The notes under the pieces were generated by a model. That model made no database searches. It worked only from the letters and a program-made list of their open reading frames with translations, and was not told the DNA's origin. Positions 1-8,606 of a stretch of DNA of 64,000 bases are shown here, piece by piece. Each line of letters starts with the position of its first letter. The stretch's first letter is position 1. The stretch comes from Candidatus Moraniibacteriota bacterium (GTDB lineage Bacteria > Patescibacteriota > Minisyncoccia > Moranbacterales > UBA1568), in the NCBI GenBank assembly GCA_963743885.1, contig CAVURJ010000001.1, positions 566,321 to 630,320 on the forward strand, given 5' to 3'. The position numbers were made by a program, and so were the translations under genes.

Positions 1-372
1 GCATACCTTGTGCTCAAGACATCTGCCAAGCCGCTTCATTTCCGCGAGATTGCATCGCTTATCGACAAACACGGGCTTCAGGGCAAGAAGGACAAGAGCC
101 ATCCTCAGACGGTTCATAACGAGCTTATCAAGGACAAGCGCTTCATCCTGGTCGGCCGCGGCATCTACGCGCTCTCCGAGTGGGGATACAAGCGTGGCAC
201 TGTGAAGGATGTCATTGCTGATGTGCTCCGCGAGGCTAGCAAGCCGCTCTCCCGTGAGGAGGTCCTCGAGGCCGTCTTCAAGGTCCGCCAGGTCAAGCGC
301 TCGACTATCGTCATCAATCTCAATACCTTCTTTGCGCGGATTGGCAAGAATGCGTATACTATAAAGAAGTAG
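1..372 (+). CDS. HARE-HTH / RNA polymerase delta-like winged-helix protein (5'-truncated by window)
   Basis: PLHFREIA...HPQTVHNELIKDKRFILVGRGIYALSEWGY matches a HARE-HTH-type family conserved in CPR; stop TAG ends at 372. Confidence 0.7.
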   Translation, partial: AYLVLKTSAKPLHFREIASLIDKHGLQGKKDKSHPQTVHNELIKDKRFILVGRGIYALSEWGYKRGTVKDVIADVLREASKPLSREEVLEAVFKVRQVKRSTIVINLNTFFARIGKNAYTIKK

Positions 373-436
373 GAGAACATTCCACTCCCTTCTGTTTTCG
401 GCAGCATCGTTTTTTCGGGATAGCTAAACAAGGCCA

Positions 437-540
437 ACCCCGTTAGAGTCCTGACGAGCAGGATGCATGCGGGGGCGGGCTTTTGAAAAGCATACAGGGT
501 AGTAGTTTTTTGTCCTGGTATGACAGGACTCTAACGGGGT
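437..540. mobile_element. Family B palindromic miniature element (ACCCCGTTAGA...TCTAACGGGGT)
   Basis: 17-bp terminal inverted repeat accccgttagagtcctg / caggactctaacggggt. Confidence 0.8.
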
Positions 541-557
541 CAACGCACCTTCGTCCC

Positions 558-1859
558 ATGGGTACTCTTTTTTCAGACATAGCATATTTTTTCTCGGCAA
601 TCGGGAGTGTCTTTTCCGCCGTCTTTGACGTTTGGTTCATCGTTTTTCCGCCGCTTCTCTGGTTTGTTTTTATGTTGCTCTGGATGAAATATGTCCAGGA
701 CGACTATGGGAGCAAGATCAAGTGGGTGCTCCTCGAGATCGTTCCGCCGCGCGACATTGAGGCGGGACCGTTGCCGATGGAATCTGTCTTCGCTGGGTTT
801 GCTGGCGTGGAAAAAGGCCTGTCTGCGGCTGAAGAATATATCAAGGGCGAGTTCCCGTGCTCGTTCTCGCTTGAGATCGTCAGTACCGAGGGGCAGGTGC
901 ATTTCTATGTGCGCACGCAGGCCGGATTCCGCAATCTGGTCGAGGCGCATTTCTACGCGCATTATCCGAATATCGAGATCACGGAGGTGCCGGATTACGT
1001 GGCCAATGTTCCCAAGACGGTGCCGAACAAGGATTGGGACTTGTGGGGGACCGATTTCGTCCTGGTGAAGAACGATCTCTATCCGATCAAGACGTATAAA
1101 TACTTCGAAGAGAGCGTGACCGGCAAGATGATCGACCCGCTCGCCGGTCTCATTGAGACGATGGGGAAGATCGGTCCGGGGCAGCATATCTGGCTTCAGT
1201 ATATCGTGACGCCGCTCAAGCCGACCTGGTCCAAGGATGTCGGCCAGTCATATGTAGATGAATTTCTCGGCAAGAAGAAAGAGAAGCCGAAGAGCGTTCT
1301 CGCGCGCCTGTTCGCGGATATCATCGATATCATTTCGAATATCGGCAACGGGCTGCTGGCGAAAGAAGTGGCATTTTCTGCTGGTGCGGCCGCGGAAAAG
1401 AAGGAAGAGCAGCCGATTGAGTTCCGTCTGACGCCTGGCGAGAAGGATGTGCTCAAGGCATTACAGGCCAATCTCGGCAAGCAGATGTACAGGGTGCGTA
1501 TGCGCCATATCTACGTCGGTCGCCGCGAGACCTACAGCAAGCCGACCGGCGTGTCGGCCTTCATCGGTGGCATCAAGCAGTTCAATGATCAGAATCTGAA
1601 TGGCTTCAAGCCGCATGATGATTCCAAGACGTATGCCAATTATGTCATGACTGCGTCGCGTCTGCGGTATCGCCAGCGCCGCATCTTCCGCCGTTATATC
1701 ACGCGCGATACGGATCCGCAGAGCTCCCGCTTCCTTCTGAGTACCGAAGAGCTTGCGACCGTGTTCCATATTCCGGATATGGCGATCACCGCGCCGTCGC
1801 TCACGCGTGTCACCGCCAAGCGCAGCGGAGCGCCGTCCAATCTTCCTATTCAAGAGTGA
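558..1859 (+). CDS. Conserved membrane-anchored hypothetical protein, partner of the downstream TraD/VirD4-like ATPase
   Basis: ORF 483..1859 with likely start ATG 558; N-terminal TM, FSLEIVS...FY and STEELATVFHIP motifs typical of this CPR family. Confidence 0.7.
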   Translation: MGTLFSDIAYFFSAIGSVFSAVFDVWFIVFPPLLWFVFMLLWMKYVQDDYGSKIKWVLLEIVPPRDIEAGPLPMESVFAGFAGVEKGLSAAEEYIKGEFPCSFSLEIVSTEGQVHFYVRTQAGFRNLVEAHFYAHYPNIEITEVPDYVANVPKTVPNKDWDLWGTDFVLVKNDLYPIKTYKYFEESVTGKMIDPLAGLIETMGKIGPGQHIWLQYIVTPLKPTWSKDVGQSYVDEFLGKKKEKPKSVLARLFADIIDIISNIGNGLLAKEVAFSAGAAAEKKEEQPIEFRLTPGEKDVLKALQANLGKQMYRVRMRHIYVGRRETYSKPTGVSAFIGGIKQFNDQNLNGFKPHDDSKTYANYVMTASRLRYRQRRIFRRYITRDTDPQSSRFLLSTEELATVFHIPDMAITAPSLTRVTAKRSGAPSNLPIQE

Positions 1860-1866
1860 GTTTTTC

Positions 1867-1931
1867 GGTTAACGCGTTCACGTGTTAACGAGTTCGAATC
1901 CGATAACCCGTTAACTCGCAACTCGTTAACG
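1867..1931. repeat. 8-nt periodic inverted repeat
   Basis: gttaacgc-gttcacgt-gttaacga-gtt ... aacccgtt-aactcgc-aactcgtt-aac. Confidence 0.7.
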
Positions 1932-1949
1932 AGACAATATATAAGCCAT

Positions 1950-4082
1950 ATGGCCAATCATAACCAGAACGACATCACTTTCTTCGCCAAGACGAACTTC
2001 CGCAACCAGGAACGCATCTTCGGCATCAAGACGGACGACCGCCGCCGCCACATGTACGTGATCGGCAAGACGGGTATGGGCAAGACTAATCTTTTGGAGA
2101 ATCTGGCTATCCAGGATATCCAGAAGGGCCATGGCATCGCGTTTATCGATCCACACGGCGATACGGCCGAGAAGCTCATCAAGGCGATCCCGTCGAACCG
2201 TATCAACGATGTCATCTATTTCAATCCGGCCGATCAGGATTTTCCGATCGCGTTCAACGTGATGGAGAAAGTCGATCCGGAGTACCGCCATCTGGTCGCT
2301 TCGGGCTTGGTCGGCGTCTTCAAGAAAATCTGGGCTGATTCGTGGGGTCCGCGGCTCGAATATATCCTCCGCAACGCCATCCTCGCGCTCCTCGAATATC
2401 CGGGCTCCACGCTCCTCGGCGTGACGCGCATCCTGGTCGACAAATCGTACCGCGACCGCGTCGTCGAGAAGGTGACGGACCCAGTGGTGCGGAGCTTCTG
2501 GGTGGATGAATTTTCCAAGTGGAATGACCGCGTGCTGCAGGAAGTCATCTCGCCGATCCAGAACAAGGTCGGACAGTTCCTGACGAGCTCGCTTGTCCGC
2601 AATATCGTCGGCCAGACGGTCTCGTCGTTCGATATCCGTGAAATCATGGATAGTCGGAAGATCCTCATCATGAACCTCTCGAAGGGCCGCATCGGTGAGG
2701 ACAATAGTGCGCTCCTCGGTGCCATGATCATCACCAAGATCCAGCTGGCCGCCATGGCCCGCGTGGATATCCCGGAAGAGACCCGTAATGACTTCTATCT
2801 CTACGTCGATGAGTTCCAGAACTTCGCGACCGAGTCGTTCGCGAACATCCTCTCTGAGGCGAGAAAGTACCATCTCAACCTCATCCTGGCGAACCAGTAC
2901 ATCACGCAGATCGATGAGAAGGTGTGCGACGCGATCTTCGGCAACGCCGGCAGCATCATCTCGTTCCGCGTGGGTGCGGCCGATGCCGAGTATCTTGAGA
3001 AGGAATTCGAGCCGGTCTTCATGATGAACGATATCGTCAATCTGCCGAAATACCAGATCTACCTCAAGCTCATGATCGATGGCATCGCGGGGGACGCTTT
3101 CTCAGCGACGACGCTGCCGCCGATCAAGCTTGAAGACGCTGGCAATGAGGAGAAGATCATCCGTATCTCGCGCGAACGCTACACCGCGCAGCGTGTGGAG
3201 GTGGAGGACAAGATCCGCCGCTGGAGCGGTATGCTGACGCCAGAGGAGAAGGCGGCGCTTCTTGCGGACCATACGAGCCAGGGTCATGCACCTGCGCCGC
3301 AGGCTGCCCGTCCGGCGCCGTCGGTTCGTCCGGCTGCTCCGAATCGTCCGGCTCCGCGCCCAGCGCAGCCGAATCCTGCACCGAAACCAGCACCGCGTCC
3401 AGTAGCTACTATTCGACAGGAGGTTTCCCAGCCAGTACTGCCGCTTGAAGAGCAGCCGATGAAGTCCGCTGAAGCGTTCTTTACGCCGCCGCTCGCTCCG
3501 AGAAAACAGCCGATCATGGAGCTTCCGAAGGAGGAAGAGATCGTGGTGCCACCGAAGCAGGAAGAAAAGGTATCAGCGGAACCGGTCATGCCGGCGCCGG
3601 TAGAAGAAGAGGTGCTAGTCGTTTCCGAGGTACTGGCCCAGGAGCCGGAAGCAGTCATATTGGAAGAGCCGCTTCCTGAGGTTGTGCCCGAGAAGATGTT
3701 ATACCCCGCGAATTGCGCGACGTGCGGCGTCGATATCGAGGTACCGTTCGTGCCGGATGGTAAGCGCCCGACCTTTTGTAAGGATTGTTTGCGTGATTAT
3801 CAGCGGGCGACCGCTAAGGCACGCCAGGAGATTGCCAGTAACAATGGCGGCAATCAGGCCCAGCAGGAGCGGAGAGATGTCCAGAAGCATCCTTCGCCGA
3901 GCAAGGAAAGGACATATCGGCCGAAATCGTATGCGTCTGCCGAAGCACCGCTCTCGCTCATGCAGGCCCAGCACATCGGACCGAAGAAGTTCAAGAGTTT
4001 GTCGAAGCGGCCGGCTGTCGATCTGGATGAAGTGCGTGGATTGATCCAGAGCGCCCGTCAGAGGGATGATAGTGACGCTTGA
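1950..4082 (+). CDS. TraD/VirD4/HerA-like ATPase with Pro/Ala-rich linker and C-terminal CxxC-x17-CxxC zinc ribbon
   Basis: Walker A GKTGMGKT, Walker B LYVDEFQNF, SEARKY, CATC...CKDC. Confidence 0.85.
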   Translation: MANHNQNDITFFAKTNFRNQERIFGIKTDDRRRHMYVIGKTGMGKTNLLENLAIQDIQKGHGIAFIDPHGDTAEKLIKAIPSNRINDVIYFNPADQDFPIAFNVMEKVDPEYRHLVASGLVGVFKKIWADSWGPRLEYILRNAILALLEYPGSTLLGVTRILVDKSYRDRVVEKVTDPVVRSFWVDEFSKWNDRVLQEVISPIQNKVGQFLTSSLVRNIVGQTVSSFDIREIMDSRKILIMNLSKGRIGEDNSALLGAMIITKIQLAAMARVDIPEETRNDFYLYVDEFQNFATESFANILSEARKYHLNLILANQYITQIDEKVCDAIFGNAGSIISFRVGAADAEYLEKEFEPVFMMNDIVNLPKYQIYLKLMIDGIAGDAFSATTLPPIKLEDAGNEEKIIRISRERYTAQRVEVEDKIRRWSGMLTPEEKAALLADHTSQGHAPAPQAARPAPSVRPAAPNRPAPRPAQPNPAPKPAPRPVATIRQEVSQPVLPLEEQPMKSAEAFFTPPLAPRKQPIMELPKEEEIVVPPKQEEKVSAEPVMPAPVEEEVLVVSEVLAQEPEAVILEEPLPEVVPEKMLYPANCATCGVDIEVPFVPDGKRPTFCKDCLRDYQRATAKARQEIASNNGGNQAQQERRDVQKHPSPSKERTYRPKSYASAEAPLSLMQAQHIGPKKFKSLSKRPAVDLDEVRGLIQSARQRDDSDA

Positions 4083-4148
4083 TGAAAGATGAGGGAGAGG
4101 GGAATATATGACTTTGTATTGATGACCTGAAGAACTTAATTAACTTTA

Positions 4149-4206
4149 TTTATCCTGTGAAATTCTGCCGGAAGCAGACCAGCGAAGCTGGATTTCACAG
4201 GGTAAA
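4149..4206. repeat. Family B-like short palindromic element
   Basis: tttatcctgtgaaat ... atttcacagggtaaa with two internal mini-hairpins. Confidence 0.65.
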
Positions 4207-4227
4207 CTTGGTACACTAAGAAATATG

Positions 4228-4353
4228 CCCGGTAGCACAACTTCAAATGCAAAGCATAATGAGATCTGATTATTTAGAAATCTTCATTGTCGAGCGATAG
4301 ATGTGTGTGACAGGGTTTTATAGAAGATAATTTTTTGAAGTTGTTCTACTGGG
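4228..4353. mobile_element. Family A start-codon-targeting MITE-like element
   Basis: TIR cccggtagcacaacttcaaa / tttgaagttgttctactggg, flanked by TATG direct repeats (4224-4227, 4354-4357). Confidence 0.8.
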
Positions 4354-4354
4354 T

Positions 4355-4465
4355 ATGAGTTTCAAGAAATGGCACAAGCGCGCGTATACATTCTGGGTAG
4401 TTATCTCCGTCCTCGTGGTCATTTCCATGGTGGCATTCTTGTTCGCGCCGTTCTTCATGTATTAG
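4355..4465 (+). CDS. 36-aa single-TM small membrane protein (not in ORF track)
   Basis: MSFKKWHKRAYTFWVVISVLVVISMVAFLFAPFFMY*: basic N-terminus plus hydrophobic helix. Confidence 0.65.
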   Translation: MSFKKWHKRAYTFWVVISVLVVISMVAFLFAPFFMY

Positions 4466-4468
4466 TTA

Positions 4469-4650
4469 GTAACTGTTCAAAGTCTCATGTCTCGAGAAAA
4501 TGTTCGGATTTCGAGATGAAAACCTTGAAGAAGCGAGGAGGGCTATCGAGATAACCAGACGAGCTTTGAAGGGTTTTCAGCCGAAATCCGGATATTTTAT
4601 CAGACAAGTATGATGTCTTCTTAATTAGCGGTGAGAATTTGAATAGTTAC
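4469..4650. mobile_element. Family D MITE-like nested-hairpin element
   Basis: TIR gtaactgttcaaagtctca / tgagaatttgaatagttac, TTA direct repeats; interior resembles the reverse complement of 28444-28631. Confidence 0.75.
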
Positions 4651-4655
4651 TTAGT

Positions 4656-5075
4656 ATGTTGAAGCGGAAATGGCTCGTATTCGGAGGGATCGCCCTGGCG
4701 GCTCTGGCGATCGTCGGATGGGTTTTTTCCGTCTCTTCGCGGCAGTCAGAACGTAACCAGAGGATCGAGGATGAGGTATCTGCGCTCGAGACGGAGGCTG
4801 AGAAGATCCGTCGGGAAAATGAGACGCTCCGCGAGAAGATCGCATATTTCTCATCGCAAGATTTCCGCGAGCAGGAGGCCAAGCGCAAGCTCGGGCTAAA
4901 GCGTGAGGATGAAACGATGGTTGTCATTCGCCCAGGAGCGGTCTATGATGGAAGCGATGCTGCTGTATCAGCCGCTGCTTCGCCGGCTGCTCCAGATAGG
5001 CTCACGCCGTCGTCTCGCGCCGGGAAATGGTGGGAAGCGTTCTTTGGGGACCGTTTCTCAGTATCAGGGAAATGA
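4656..5075 (+). CDS. Septum formation initiator (FtsB/DivIC family)
   Basis: TM, coiled coil and EQEAKRKLGLKREDETMVVI motif. Confidence 0.8.
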   Translation: MLKRKWLVFGGIALAALAIVGWVFSVSSRQSERNQRIEDEVSALETEAEKIRRENETLREKIAYFSSQDFREQEAKRKLGLKREDETMVVIRPGAVYDGSDAAVSAAASPAAPDRLTPSSRAGKWWEAFFGDRFSVSGK

Positions 5076-5104
5076 TAGGATGAGATAGGTTAAATATATA
5101 GACT

Positions 5105-6163
5105 ATGGAACAAGGAAAGAAGGGAATCGCGAAGAGGACGCGTCTGAAGACGGTTGCTTATGCTGCAGCTGCTCTTGTTATCTTTGCATTCATCACAAGT
5201 CTGGTCGTAGCGTATGCATTACCGCGTTCGAATGCGTATACGGGGCGTTTCGTCTCGTACTTGCCGTATCCGGCGGCGATCATCGGTTATGGTGATGCTA
5301 TCTCATTTAGGACGCTTGCGGAGAATATGGCGTCCATCAAGCGGTTCTATGAATCGCAGGATTTTTCGCAGGTCGGATTGCGCGTTGATTTTTCTACCGA
5401 GGAAGGGCAGCGGCGGTTCAAGATCCGCGAGAAGGAAGTATTTAATAAGATGATCGAGGACGAGGCAGTTATGCGACTTGCTCGCGCTCGGGATATCTCG
5501 GTGAGCGATGATACCGTGAGGGAGGGGCTCCGCCGCAAGCTGGATGAATACGGTTCTGGCAGCGAAGTGAGGCAGAACCTCGACAAACTGTATGGATGGA
5601 CGCTGGCGGATTTCGAAGACAAGGTCGTGCGCCCGAGCCTCTATCAGGAGAAGCTTGTGGAGCGTTTTGCAGAAGAAGCAGATCTCTCTTCCGACGCCCG
5701 GGAAAAAGTCGAGGCTGCTCGGAAGATGCTCCAGGAAGGAGCGAGCTTCGCTGATGCCGCCAAGCAGCATTCTGAGGGACAGACGGCATCTGAGGGCGGC
5801 GATCTGGGCTGGTTCACGCTTTCTGATCTTGCACCGGAACTCCGCGTCACCGTATCTTCCCAGAAGGTCGGCGTCCCGAGCGATATAATCGAAAGCGCGC
5901 TCGGTTTCCATGTCGTTCTCGTGGAGGAGAAGAAGAAGGAGTCTGGCAAGGATCTCTATCGTCTCCGCCAGATCTTCGCCAAGAAGACGACATTCGCCGA
6001 TTGGTTGACCGCACAGATGAAGGATGTCCCGGTGCTCGTTCTTTCGCCGGAGTACATCTGGAATGCTGATACGGCCCAGGCGGAATTCAGGGATTCAGAA
6101 TTGCGTGATTTTGAGAAGGAACTTCTTGAGAAGTCGGATGGCGACGCGTTATTCTTCTTCTAG
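5105..6163 (+). CDS. PrsA/SurA-like parvulin peptidylprolyl isomerase
   Basis: SurA N-domain; FADAAKQHSE...GGDLGWF...SALGFHVV. Confidence 0.85.
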   Translation: MEQGKKGIAKRTRLKTVAYAAAALVIFAFITSLVVAYALPRSNAYTGRFVSYLPYPAAIIGYGDAISFRTLAENMASIKRFYESQDFSQVGLRVDFSTEEGQRRFKIREKEVFNKMIEDEAVMRLARARDISVSDDTVREGLRRKLDEYGSGSEVRQNLDKLYGWTLADFEDKVVRPSLYQEKLVERFAEEADLSSDAREKVEAARKMLQEGASFADAAKQHSEGQTASEGGDLGWFTLSDLAPELRVTVSSQKVGVPSDIIESALGFHVVLVEEKKKESGKDLYRLRQIFAKKTTFADWLTAQMKDVPVLVLSPEYIWNADTAQAEFRDSELRDFEKELLEKSDGDALFFF

Positions 6164-6182
6164 CGCAGGGCTTCCCTGCGTT

Positions 6183-6248
6183 ACCCTGTCATCGACTCTG
6201 AGGGATGAGCCCTCAGGCTCAGACTCGAAGAGAGCGAAGTCGAAGGGT
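6183..6248. repeat. Compound REP-like palindrome (CCCTGAGC..GTCGAAGGG type) with inserted hairpins
   Basis: accctg...gagcgaagtcgaagggt; the simple form accctgagcttgtcgaagggt occurs at 17061. Confidence 0.55.
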
Positions 6249-6332
6249 AGTTTGATGAGTTTTGAGTGCGCCCTGTTTTTCCGTCTGCGCGTATTCCCTA
6301 AGAGAGAGTGTAATCTGTAAAAACAAATATAT

Positions 6333-7640
6333 ATGGATACTTCGAATATCCCAGGACAGGTCCCGAGCGACCAGCCGGTATCCTCGCCTCCAGCTGCGAC
6401 CCGGAAGGGGAGAGGTGGTTTTGCGCTTGCTGTACTGATTACTCTTTCAGTATTCGCCGGATTTGCGGGCGGTCTCGTTGCGCCGTACACGGTGCCGCTC
6501 ATGAGCAAGTGGTGCCCGATTTTTCGTGGCATAGTGGCGGAGCGTCAAGTCAAGGATACAATCAGGGAGAAGGTGAGTGTGGTCGCGGAGGATGATGCGA
6601 TTGCGGACCTTGTGGAAGCGAACTCGCCGTCGGTCGTGAGCATCGTCATCACCAAGGATGTGCCGAAGGTACGGAATTTTTTTGGCAATCCGTTTGGCGG
6701 CCGATCCTTTCTTTTTGATCCGTGGAATCTTGGCAGTGGTACGGATGACGGATCAGCTCAGGCTGAACCAGAGAAGCGCCAGGTCGGATCAGGATCGGGC
6801 TTCATCGTTTCCGAGGACGGCCTGGTTGTGACCAACAAGCATGTCGTGTCGGACGAGCAGGCCGAGTACACCGTCATCACTTCTGACGGCAAGGAATATC
6901 CGGCGAAGGTCCTGGCTCGTGATCCGAACAATGATATCGCGGTGCTCAAGGCGGAGGCGATTGGTCTTCGTCCGGTCACGCTCGGTGATTCCGATGCGAT
7001 CAGGGTCGGCGAGACAGTGCTTGCGATCGGCAACCCACTTGGCGAATTCGCCAATTCTGTCTCGCGCGGCATCATCTCCGGCCTCAAGCGGAGTGTGACG
7101 GCCGGATCGAACTATGGCGATACGGAGAAACTCTCGGATATCATCCAGACCGACGCTGCCATCAACCCAGGCAATTCCGGTGGGCCGCTCTTTGACCTTT
7201 CTGGCGAGGTGATCGGTGTGAATGTCGCGATGGCGCAGGGTGCCGAGAATATTGGCTTTGCGCTTCCAATCAATTCCGTGAAGCGGGTGGTGGAGCAGGT
7301 CCGGACGACTGGGCGGCTTTCGGTGCCGTATCTTGGTGTGCGCTATATCATCTTGAGCGAGGAGATTCAGAAGCAGAATGGCCTTCCATTCGGTTATGGT
7401 GCCTTGGTACTCCGCGGCCAGCGGATCACGGATTTCGCGGTTGTGCCTGGGTCGCCAGCTGACAAAGCGGGCATCGTCGAGAATGATATCATCCTCGAGA
7501 TCGGCGGTCAGAAGGTCGACGAAGAGCATCCGCTCGCTTCGCTCATCAGTAGCCGTACAGCAGGGGATGAAGTAGCTCTCAAGGTCTGGCACAAGGGCGA
7601 GACCAAGGAGATCAAGGTGACGCTGGAGGAGCGGAAATAG
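6333..7640 (+). CDS. htrA: HtrA/DegP serine protease with PDZ domain
   Basis: Catalytic triad motifs TNKHVV, DIAVLK, GNSGGP; C-terminal PDZ. Confidence 0.92.
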   Translation: MDTSNIPGQVPSDQPVSSPPAATRKGRGGFALAVLITLSVFAGFAGGLVAPYTVPLMSKWCPIFRGIVAERQVKDTIREKVSVVAEDDAIADLVEANSPSVVSIVITKDVPKVRNFFGNPFGGRSFLFDPWNLGSGTDDGSAQAEPEKRQVGSGSGFIVSEDGLVVTNKHVVSDEQAEYTVITSDGKEYPAKVLARDPNNDIAVLKAEAIGLRPVTLGDSDAIRVGETVLAIGNPLGEFANSVSRGIISGLKRSVTAGSNYGDTEKLSDIIQTDAAINPGNSGGPLFDLSGEVIGVNVAMAQGAENIGFALPINSVKRVVEQVRTTGRLSVPYLGVRYIILSEEIQKQNGLPFGYGALVLRGQRITDFAVVPGSPADKAGIVENDIILEIGGQKVDEEHPLASLISSRTAGDEVALKVWHKGETKEIKVTLEERK

Positions 7641-7668
7641 TGAGTATTACGTATTAGGTAGTATGTAT

Positions 7669-7698
7669 AAAAAGAGACTCAGAGGAGTCTCTTTTTTG
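7669..7698. terminator. Bidirectional intrinsic terminator
   Basis: aaaaagagactc-agag-gagtctcttttt between convergent genes. Confidence 0.75.
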
Positions 7699-7737
7699 CA
7701 TAAAAAAATCCGGCGAGAGCGTGTCTCGCCGGGGTGG

Positions 7738-8181
7738 CTAGTGTGAATCGAGGATGTCCCAACTTTCTGTCTTGCCAATCGGGCCGCCGTCCAGACCGCA
7801 GATGGGGGTCCAGAAGACATCTTCGCATCGTATTCCGAAGAAAGAGGAAATTCGGACTTTTCCGAGATACCAGCCAGGCGGATGGTGGTCGAAGCAGCAC
7901 CTGCAGCTATCCATCGTGGTGTAACCATTTGGATAGAACGCGATACGTGTGAATCCTTTGTTCAGAATCCAGGCGCTGCGGACAGCAGGTGGCGCGGCGC
8001 GGAGGAGGGCAGTGATCCGTTCGATGCCGGGAGCACTCTTCTGTTCCGGCTGTTTGCGGGCGGCGATACGTTCCAGGGTCTCCTGGGCTCGACGGCGGGC
8101 GGCAGCCTCTTCTCCCGTGGTCATTGGTGCGATGGGTGGACCGAGCAGCGCTCCACCCGGAAGGACTTGGCAATCATCCAT
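7738..8181 (-). CDS. Orphan hypothetical protein, Cys-containing C-terminal domain
   Basis: ATG at 8181 preceded by a GGGAGA SD-like sequence; lies in an otherwise gene-free gap. Confidence 0.5.
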   Translation of the reverse strand: MDDCQVLPGGALLGPPIAPMTTGEEAAARRRAQETLERIAARKQPEQKSAPGIERITALLRAAPPAVRSAWILNKGFTRIAFYPNGYTTMDSCRCCFDHHPPGWYLGKVRISSFFGIRCEDVFWTPICGLDGGPIGKTESWDILDSH

Positions 8182-8261
8182 TTTGATTCTCCCAAAGAAC
8201 AAAAAAGTGCCTTCATCCTGGCATTTTCTCCAGGTTCCGTTAATATTTGCATAGCGTTGTT

Positions 8262-8299
8262 TTAGCACTCTTGACACTAGAGTGCTAATTTTGTATTTT
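8262..8299 (+). promoter_or_regulatory. CIRCE (HrcA operator) overlapping the sigma70 promoter of clpB
   Basis: Perfect TTAGCACTC-N9-GAGTGCTAA at 8262-8288; spacer holds TTGACA (8271-8276), followed 17 bp later by TG-TATTTT. Confidence 0.93.
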
Positions 8300-8328
8300 T
8301 GTAGTATAGTATAAGTAGTTCATAAAGT

Positions 8329-8482
8329 TTATTACCAAGTGTAGTGAGTGAAACGAGAGTTTACTCTCGTTTCCGAACGAAGCGCGGGTAAAATCGGGTC
8401 AATACCCCGCAGCTTGCTGCGGGGAAGGCAAGCGAAGCTTGTCTGCAATGCGGGGCTTGCCCCGCGGTGCAGTACCCGTTAT
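8329..8482 (+). mobile_element. Family C element with nested GC-rich REP-like insert
   Basis: ttattaccaa..gtgaaacga..tcgtttccga..ggtaaaatcgggtcaatacc[ccgcagcttgctgcgggg...cggggcttgccccgcgg]..cccgttat; homologous to 35623 and 46117. Confidence 0.8.
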
Positions 8483-8606
8483 CAGGTTTGTCAGGTTATA
8501 AAGTCTGAAAACCTTGGTAGTATAGCTCGGCTTTATGGGTTTGATGGCGCCATAAGTTTCATAATCTTGATCACTTTACGAACTTGATAACTTTACAAAC
8601 TCAGAT

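Noticed and set aside
3285-3405. GC-rich quasi-repeats in the ATPase gene
   Set aside because: They are explained by a low-complexity Pro/Ala linker.
1950-4082. Conjugative element or ICE
   Set aside because: No relaxase, integrase, VirB genes or att boundaries are visible; the context is housekeeping.
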